From: Chrysomallon squamiferum | Lineage: Eukaryota; Animalia; Mollusca | Length of the DNA stretch: 64,000 bases | Direction: 5' to 3' | Assembly: GCA_012295275.1 (NCBI GenBank) | Contig: CM022670.1 | Span: 36,332,001 to 36,396,000 of the forward strand | Shown here: piece after piece, positions 54,575-64,000 of the stretch | Layout of the letters: each line of letters begins with the position of its first letter | Numbering within the stretch: the first letter of the stretch is position 1 | The notes under the pieces: generated by a model | What the model saw: only the letters and a program-made list of their open reading frames with translations | Databases searched by the model: none | What the model was told of the DNA's origin: nothing | Translations under genes and position numbers: made by a program

Positions 54575-56420
54575 CAAAAAGAACAAACCACCAATAATAG
54601 AAATGTACAATAATCTTTTAAAATAACTTTGAAAAAATATATTAGTTTTAATAAGCTTACGATTTCATTTTTTAAGTTAGAACAACAGAATGACGATAAC
54701 CATTCTAATATTTGAAAAATGTTCACGAAAACAATAAAAACAACGACTACAACGACAACAAACAAATTAAATAATAAAGGTGCAGCAGTACATAATGTTA
54801 TTTACTGAATTATATTTAAAACTATTTAAAACACGACTATATCCCATAAAGGTTCAAGTCTGGGAAGTCAACTGAAAATACGATCAGTGTGAGGAAGAAT
54901 TAATTTCGTTTTCCCACCTTGATTTGGTTTGGAAAAACGATCCAAAATCTGCGAATTGTAATACAGATGTTTTGACGATCCTGCCAAATTATTAAGAGTA
55001 AATGAATATGCTTACACTTTTGGTTGCTCCTGTGCATAACCAACAACAATAAATAAATTAATCTGCAAATATTTAGCTCGTGTATTTATTTTAAAAAAAA
55101 AAAAAAAGAGGTATTTTATGAATTCAGCGCGCAGACATTGCTTAAAATAAACAGCTATTCATTCAGTAGTCACTCAGTTTCCGACGGGTCACCGAATGTT
55201 AAATATACTTAGAACAATAAATATTATTTAAATTTACTCTAACATTCGTTTGTTATCGCTATAATCATACAGCTTTGTGAATATTTTTATGTTCTGCTTC
55301 AGTCAGCAGCAATGTCTGCTTGGGCGAAATAAAACTTATCTTTTTTCGTTATTACTGTTAATTATTAGTTGAAAATGCACGACTAATCTTAATGGTATTG
55401 AAGCATTAGACAAACATGATCAAACTTGTCTTTGGCACAACTATTTCTTTCAGAACTAAGTTGTATCTCATTTTATTTATAACTAAATTTTTTTTAATGA
55501 TCTATAAGACTTTTCCCCCCTCTGATACAACTATTTTAACTATATTTTAGATATCTAGTTGATTTTATAACATAAACGTGACGTTTCTATTTTTATTTTA
55601 TTTCATTTATTTATTTATTTATTATTATTATTTTTTTTATATACATCATCTCGAACTGTACGTTAATGACGAAAGAACAAAGAACATGCAGTTATTCAGA
55701 AATTCAGTAAGGGCTTCAACTGCAAAGTTATCATGTCAGGTATTGTTTCCTGCATGGTCCGAACTCTAGGAAAGATGTTTTGATAAGAAGTACCAGTCGA
55801 GATTACGTAAAGGATAACTTTTATACGTAACGCGACTGACTTTTCAGTTTTTTTAAAGTTTCACAACTCAGTATAATTATATGCAATAAAGAGTTACTTC
55901 CCATTGCGGTTTTCTTCTTCTTTTTGGAATTAAAGACATATGGTTGAGTGATTCGTAACAAAAATTAAATTAGTGAGTTCCATTGTCAAAAAGGATCAAA
56001 TTCAAACTGTGAACACGCACAATAATAAAGTAAAAAGAAATTACAAAATTAAAAATAATTCATTTATATAATATTGTTTAAAGATAATGTTATAGACAAA
56101 TCATTAAAATTCTGTTTTTATAAAATGTACAAGACAGCGTATCAATATTAAGGAGATAAATATTTTAGAAATCATTTTCTAATGATTGTTGCACAATGCT
56201 TTTCTGTCTGATGAATTATTTGATGTAATAATACAAACGGTGGATTTCATTCCTTAATGATTAAGAAAATAATAACTGAATACATTATAACCGCTGCAAT
56301 AAATTTGTAGTATCAGTAATACTCTCTATATTGATTGTGCATTAATTCACTGACAGTAACTACTGGATCAAAAAGTTTTGTGTTTTTTTTGTTGTTGTTG
56401 GTTTTTTTGTTGTTTTTTTT

Positions 56421-57202
56421 TCATAATTTGAACAAGTCAAACCACCCACATCGAACTAAATGAAACATAGATCTGTTTTGGAAGTACAGCTGCATATTTG
56501 CGGTTTGGTCATCATCGATAATTCCTTTCTTCATCCATTCCTCTATCAGTTTTACATGCTGTTCTTTATAACTCACGAGAACGCGTATTCCTCCACCGAA
56601 AACTCCCCCAGCCAAAACATTGATGTTTTTCTTGTGAATATCGTCTACATGTTCCCATTCATCTATGGAATTTAGCTGTAATAACATTACTTTATCGTGA
56701 TATTTGATCGCTGGTTTCCAAATACCGTCTGACGGATAGACGTCTGCCTTTCCATGGCCGTATCCACCATCAATCCAGAAAAAATAAGTCGAATTAAAAG
56801 GGTTAAGGCGGACTGCCTCCTGGACTAAATGAATTTTTGAAAGCTGGACAATATCATATTCTGGAACTGTTGCCTCGCAATGGTCGCCATTAGACAGCAG
56901 TTCGTTGTCTCGTTTGTATTCCGGACTCTTCATAATGACCTCCATTCTTGCTCTGTGTTTGTAGTAAGGAAGATCTCGCAGCTGGATTGGTAAAATTAAC
57001 GTCCTGTTCTCCCTTCCTCGCCTCATCCACTCGACAAATGGTCGTCCCTTGGTCTCTATGAACACAACGAGGTTGACGTCAAGTTTTAACAGCTGAGACA
57101 TAAACATCAGATAGTCATTGTATGTTCTTTTCTGAGCGCTCCAGTTTCCACGTCCTATGTCTATGAGTGATGTGACAACAGTGAAAGAATATAAACTTGA
57201 AT
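56421..57202 (-). CDS. HtrL/YibB-family putative glycosyltransferase, copy D, exon 2
   Basis: TTGTTTCAG acceptor, phase 1, begins (D)SSLYSFTVVTSLIDIGRGNW; intact ORF; about 323 aa with exon 1. Confidence 0.85.
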
Positions 57203-57297
57203 CTGAAACAATAAAATAAAGTGAAAAAGTGTATTATCTTCCAGAGAAAAGGTAAATATAAAATAATGGAGGTAATAAAAATGCTAAATACTATCAA

Positions 57298-57345
<48 letters not shown>

Positions 57346-57532
57346 CTTCTTTTTTTTTTCTCAGTATAATCAACAAAAGTTCCGTATTCCAGAAAAGCTG
57401 TGTCAGGAAATATTCTGGAAATACTAACAAAGCTTACTAATATTTAATGCTTATTCTAACTGAGTCGTATTATCAGAAGAAATGTCTGCGATATACCAGT
57501 GATATGTGTGTATGTGTGTATATGTGTGTGTT

Positions 57533-57697
<165 letters not shown>

Positions 57698-58974
57698 TGG
57701 TTACTGTCTTAAGATATCGGCTTTTTCCTGCGAAAGTAAGAATGCCGAATAGCAAGAAGTTTAAAATATACATACGAATGGTGACAAAAACTAGAATACG
57801 TGCAGTGACACTTCAGAATATTTCATCGGTTATTGAAGATTAGAAATATAGGCGTATACCGCTGGATATCTCCTGGAGACTGACCCCAAAAACGGTAAAT
57901 TATATGTAATTTTTAAAGTAAAATTGTGACTTCCAAGAGCGAAATAATTATTATCTGTCATGTGTACATATTTAATAATGCTGTATAGTACAACCTATGT
58001 AGTGGAAAACAATACATGCACGCACTATTGACATACTAAACATTTTAGCAAAGAAGGCAGGCCTTTTCATGAATTCAAAGTATTTGTCAACCGTATTGTA
58101 AATTCACCGATTTATGAAAATTGTAATTAATTGGCAAAACATGAAAATCTGCAGTTTGGACTATACTTCTGGTAGACACTACATGTACATATCTATTCCA
58201 TGAAACTAAATCATTTAGTCGAGCTACTTAATACCACAGTACAAACTGCCTGTCTGTCTATAATGAGATAGTAAATACACTGGTGCCAGGCGATCTGTTC
58301 CTATTAGCAGTAAGGTATCTTATATATTGTATATAAAAAGAAGAAAAAAAAACAGTACTATTTATATTATTTTAACGCTTTTCTGCTTCACATAGTCTTT
58401 TACACAAAATCGCTGTTTGAAAATTAAATGTTAATGATGCTAAATATATACATACTTACCAGATATCTTGATTCAGTGTATTTATCATGTCAAATGGTCT
58501 GTACAAGCAATCCAAACATTTTGATCATTTGAATGACTTTTATACAGTACAAATACGATGAATTATGGTAAGTCTATTTACATATTAATCCGATTTGAAA
58601 ACATTTCATTTGTGTGCCCCAACTTGCTTTCGGGACAACCAGTAAAAAGCATTTGTCTTAAAACGGGAAGCTTTTGATTTTTGTTTTATTATCAGGCCTG
58701 TTGGTTTTTTTTTTTTTCATTCTTTTCAAGCCTACATTTGATGTTTCAGTAACGGTGTTCACTAAGTTAAGAAGTTTGGATGACAAACACATTAATTTTA
58801 ATTTGCATCAAAGCGAATGGATGTCCTGGTTCTACTGATTGTGGAAAACAAAACTTAGATTTAATTTTAAAAAATTGTTATGTAGTTTCATAGCTACTAC
58901 TTCTTCCACAACAACTGTATACTACTACAACTACTACTATAATAACAACAACGAGAACAACAATAAAAACTAAC

Positions 58975-59164
58975 CTCGCTCGGGTCCAAAACCTTCCCAG
59001 CGGAAAGGTGTACTGTAAAGATTGTCACAATACAGAAACTGATGAGGATCACGGAGAACGTATAAAAGTGATATTAAAACACTAAACAGAATCGCAGTCA
59101 ACCAGTATTTTCTGGAAATGCACAAATGAAACCGTGAATGGCTAAACAAAATTCCTCTCGACAT
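58975..59164 (-). CDS. HtrL-like copy D, exon 1 (divergent signal anchor)
   Basis: MSRGILF...YWLTAILFSVLISLLYVL...YSTPFRWEGFGPER; G|GTTAGT donor at the same position as in A and C. Confidence 0.8.
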
Positions 59165-59954
59165 TGTTTGCGCAGTCTTTCATTTTTTTTGTTTTCTTCT
59201 TCTGTGTATCAAGTACTTAACAATGTGATGTTACCTAATACATTATTTTAATCGACATCTGTAAATCAGTAAAAGTTTTAGCTTTAAGAAATCAATTAGG
59301 CTGTCGGTTACGTAGATGTAGTTCTGATGAGTCAGTTTTAGACAGGTCGTAAGTCATCATTTTGCCCCAGAGCCCGAGGATTAAGACGGATGAACACGTT
59401 TTGTAATTGATGGTGATAAGCACTAAGAAAGATTGATTGCTAGTGTCAGTCAGCTGTTTCTCTTAATCTAATTTTTATTGACTCTCAAACAACGTTTAAT
59501 TGATAAATTAATCAGGGTTAGAACTTTAATGCAAAATATTTGCGATTATGATCTGCATTAGAAGTTATACATCCATATCGATATGTTGACCAGCATCAAA
59601 CGATCGAGGAAGTACGAACGTGACGAAATGAAATGATATTCTTTAGGCCAGTATTACTGAAAATTTAGGTATAAAATTATACCGATAATAATAATTTTAA
59701 TTCAAAATCGTCAGAGCCATGGGTAGCTTAGCCAAAAAGGCATAATAATGTTTAACATTACTTCACAAATGACACAATTTCACATTTTGACCAATTACAA
59801 AGTCTTCCTAAGATTATGCTTGCAACTCGGCGATTCTCGAAAGCCATATGAGTCTAACCCGTCGTTACTGTTTTAGTTCAGTTGTTCCCGAATAACAACA
59901 ACAAAATAAATTAAAACACACACACACACACACACACAACACACACACACACAC

Positions 59955-59987
<33 letters not shown>

Positions 59988-60724
59988 ACTTATATATATG
60001 TTATAAATATCATAATGTTATAATGTATTTAAAATAGTCTTGTGCATTTCATGAATGAATTTTCAGGTTTGTGATATATACTCATAATGCCGTATCTAGG
60101 CAGTAAATAAATATGTTAAAAGTATTTAAGCATGTTGCGCTGTGTTATGAAACTGGAAGCCGTATTTTATAAGTGGTTCACGTGTTACTGTTACATATGG
60201 CCTCCAGATAAATCTCAGCCATTAGGATATAATTAATTTAATGATCTATACATATTATCACCCATACGAGTTAACTTCGGAAGAATATTTTATGATTTTA
60301 AATTAAAATCAATTTAAATTAAATATATAATGTGCATTGCCATTAGAAATTTAAATTGTTATGTATAATGTCCGTCCCCTGTTGAACTGCATCGTATGAT
60401 TTACGAGTTCTTTTTTTCATCCATCAAAATGTTGTTTATAAAGCCATGAAATATTTATTTGTAATTCTCTTCATAATTATTAATAATCAGTGGAAAATAG
60501 TATGATGTTTACTTTTCAAATGTTACAAATTCATCTATGGATGGATACTCATATATATATATACACATTACTCCACCATAATATCTGTGTATTGGTTTTT
60601 ATAAATGGCTGCCTAATTTGAAGAACTTGACACTTAGTTATTGTTGTATGGTTTCCTTTGCAGTGGGAGGTTGATTTATAATACATAAATACAGGTGGTG
60701 ATCTTATTTTATCCTGCGACTGTA

Positions 60725-60734
60725 GCGCATGCGC
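60725..60734. promoter_or_regulatory. NRF1/EWG-type palindrome GCGCATGCGC, ~1.55 kb upstream of the copy D start codon
   Basis: Exact match to the NRF1 core consensus within a small CpG cluster; function unproven. Confidence 0.3.
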
Positions 60735-62101
60735 ATAGAAACGGATCAATAGTCCGGATTAGTTTTGAATACTCCTGACTTAACAAGTAACAGTGACCAT
60801 GTAATATATTACTACTATAAGAAGTTCCTTACAAATGAATATACAATAATAAAAACTCATGGAAATGAATTAAACAAATACTTAAAACGATAAATGTTCA
60901 AAAAATACCAACAACAACAACAAATGCAAAAACAATAAAAAAATAATAATAATAATAATAATAATAATTAAAAAAAAATTAAATTTAAAAAAAAAAAAAA
61001 ACACCAACAGACAATAACTACATAGAAAAGCACATAAAAGGCTATAATTTTAAAATTATCAAACGGATGTTTCCTTCAAATTTTGAGTGAATAAAGAAAA
61101 CAAATTGTTCTATCAACAATTTCAGATCTGATCAGTGTTTGTACTTGGCATTTATGCGACTGATTTAAAAGCTAATATGCAGCTGTGGTATTAAACTAGC
61201 AGTTGAACTAACACTCTAACAGTTTCACATCCAAAACGTGAATATCTACTAGTGAATCAGACACATATAGTAACATTTGTGATTTGATAGTTGTATTTTG
61301 ATTTTGTACTTTTCAATTAATTTCAGATGACATTCTACATTTTGTTGCTGGACATTATATTAGGTCCAAGTATATTTCTTGAATTTCTTTTTGTAACTTC
61401 GATTTTGAAATAAAATAATCTGGTTCAGTTATTAACAATGAAAGTGAAAAAAGAAGTATGAGTTAAAAGGCTGATTTTAAAATATTGATCAATGCCTAAC
61501 TTTCGTGGCGATATTAACTGGGCAAGATCGCCGGAAACCCTCAAGTTGAAAAGGTAAACCTCCAAAATTATTTTAATATATAAAGCATATTTGTTTTTTC
61601 ATTCCTAAACAAAATAAAAGACTTATATATAATAAAATATCAAATCTGCCACACACACACACACAGGGGATGGTTACATGTATTGAACCCCCTAACTTCT
61701 GAACTTCATTGCTTAGAGCAGATGGAGACTGCAACGTCACAGAATTAGTAAAATAAAAAGGAAGGAAGGAATAAACATCAATTCAAAATAGCAAATTTAT
61801 TGTGTCAGTTATACTGTCCAGAGCCTCATATAAGTTGATCGTGATTTTTGATCGCAGCATATCTGTCTGTGTCGACCCGGAAGTCAACTGAATGTCCATC
61901 CTCATCACTGATAGTATTCTGGCTATTTACGGCTCAATACAAGCATCGACCATACGGATTTGCTGGTAGTAGTTTCAAAGAGGTAAAAGGGTGTTAGTGG
62001 TGCTAAAGTCTGGTCCTTGTGGGGCACGGTGCTCTTCTCTCTGGGACCACGACTCAAATTCAGGTTCGGAATTTAAAGATCGGGGCGGAGCACAGTGCTG
62101 T

Positions 62102-62691
62102 TCAAGTTCGGGTTGATATCCAGGTTCGGTAGTGTTCGTTGCTGTTTTCACGATTGTGACTACATATGCACCTATATATAGCATTATACACCTTCATAAA
62201 TAGCCAAAAATTACATTTATATGGGCGAAATACGATTTTCCCTCATCTTTTTCACCTGGGTTGATCGTCTCCTATCTTTACTGTCATAAAATGCACGATG
62301 TCGACCGAGATATCACATAGCTGTGGCAAAACACCTTTCAAACAATCAGAGGCTGAGAAATGCCAGATGTTCAATATATTTACACGTCCCCTATACACAC
62401 ACAATAATTTGATAAAAAAAAAAATAATAATAATAAAAATAAAAATGAATTCTCGAATAGGGTTATAAAAAAAAAAAAATAAATAAATAAATAAATAAAA
62501 TAAAATAAAATAAATAAATAAAAAAATAAAATAAAAAAATGACTTAACGAGATGGTGCCGAATTCGATCAAGAGCAGAGATAGAATTCGCCGATAAACTG
62601 TACTGTGAGCTCGACGCCATTTTGAACACAACAATCGTCTGTCTGTAGTGACAGTTGTTATATTGGAAATAGCCGCTGCCCCGGTGAACAT
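62102..62691 (-). other. Possible small three-exon gene or lncRNA (exons 62691-62549, 62390-62256, 62171-62102)
   Basis: GC/CpG-rich blocks separated by AT-rich GT-AG segments with compatible phases; AATAAA on the minus strand at 61801-61796; no recognisable homology. Confidence 0.25.
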
Positions 62692-64000
62692 TATGCTTAG
62701 TCTAAAGTGTCATTCTAAAGGAAACTGGACACGCTTTCGAATGATACCAGAGATGTGGGATCTAAATTCACTGAATTACATCGCAGTTTAAGTTTGAAGC
62801 CGATTTTCGAGTTATTCTCGTCTTATTACATATCATTACAATTTGGGGTATGGCTTTCGCTGTTCATGCTCTATCGGCTGTGTTTAAAACATCCTGTTTT
62901 TAATACGGATTACAAATTCACTGAATAACTCATATACTTCAACAGCAAATCTTAATCTTTATTTCCACACAATTCTTAATGTTACAGGTTGCTTGAAACC
63001 CGAGCTAAAACGTTAAAAAGCACCGATTGGAAATAATTAAATTTATCTAATTACTGAAATCTAAAATATTATTGGAATTTTATTAAATTTCCCTTGTTTT
63101 CGGCCCATTGTAAAACCATTTTTTTTTTATTTATTTTTTTTTTTTTAACGGTTTATTTGACAGTTAAGAGTAGTACACTGTAAGCGGAATGTAATAAAAC
63201 TAATTAATTAAACTGTTATTTCTATTTTCCAATATACGAAAAATTGGGTCGGTGGCTCCGTAAACCGAGTTACCAAATACTTTCAGATTTCAGTTTCCTG
63301 ATTAAACGTGGTATCACCCATAGTCTAATGAGCATTACAGATTAGATCATGAGGGCAAAAACCTAATCTTCTACTTTAAATCAACTTCGAAAATTTTAGA
63401 TGTGAAATTACATTAAGTTGGTAGGAACCTCATTTATGGGCATTCGACTGAAACTGGCACACTCACAAAAATGAAAAAAAAACAACACCCCCAAACCCTC
63501 AAAAACTATTGATCCAAATTGATTTGACAATTCAGTGTTATAATAATAATAGGGCTAATATTAATACATCTATGGATTTTACATGACAAATTTCAGCTGC
63601 CATACTTTTTTTAGTATTTTGAAATATTCATGTTATTTTCTTCAGTATTTTATCAACACCGCTTTGGGCTAAATTAGACTTAAATACATTTTTGTTAGTT
63701 TAATAACAAATTACTTTTTAATACTAATATTTAAAAACCAATCTTTGCTAATAATGAAGTACAATAATAATAAACCTCCAAACAAACAAAAACATTTCAT
63801 TCCTTTCTACTTGTTTACTTACGATGCCAAACAGTAAAGATAATATTACAGATAACTAGAAAGAAAAGACAAACAATATGAGATATATATTTCAACATTT
63901 ATTATGCCTGTGAAACTAAAGTAACAAGTATTGCAGTTATTTTAATTCTATAATATCAAGAAATACTGTTGTCTTTTATTTACAAAATAATGTTGATTTG

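Overview
AT-rich, microsatellite-dense eukaryotic (animal) genomic DNA with GT-AG introns. The composition suggests an invertebrate, possibly a mollusc such as a cephalopod (inference only). Two main loci are visible. (1) A plus-strand gene (17.3-22.8 kb) for a Ser/Thr-rich mucin-like type I membrane protein with a signal peptide, SEA-like domain, TM helix and NPxY tail. Its long coding block changes frame at ~21.7 kb. A phase-compatible 130-nt GT-AG 'exitron' could switch it between a transmembrane form and a short form with a hydrophobic, GPI-signal-like tail; an indel error is the alternative. (2) A convergent minus-strand tandem array (32.5-59.2 kb) of four two-exon HtrL/YibB-family (WlaTC/HtrL-like) putative glycosyltransferase genes with type II signal anchors. 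The outer copies A and D are old paralogs. The inner copies B (pseudogene) and C (intact) are A5'/D3' chimeras, as expected from unequal crossing-over. All copies share a near-identical ~375-bp tract, and CpG content suggests it was converted from D into A. Also present: a ~2.15-kb spacer inversion, a duplicated upstream block, a hAT-like MITE, an AT-rich palindrome and many mini/microsatellites. Most ORFs in the supplied track are repeat artefacts.
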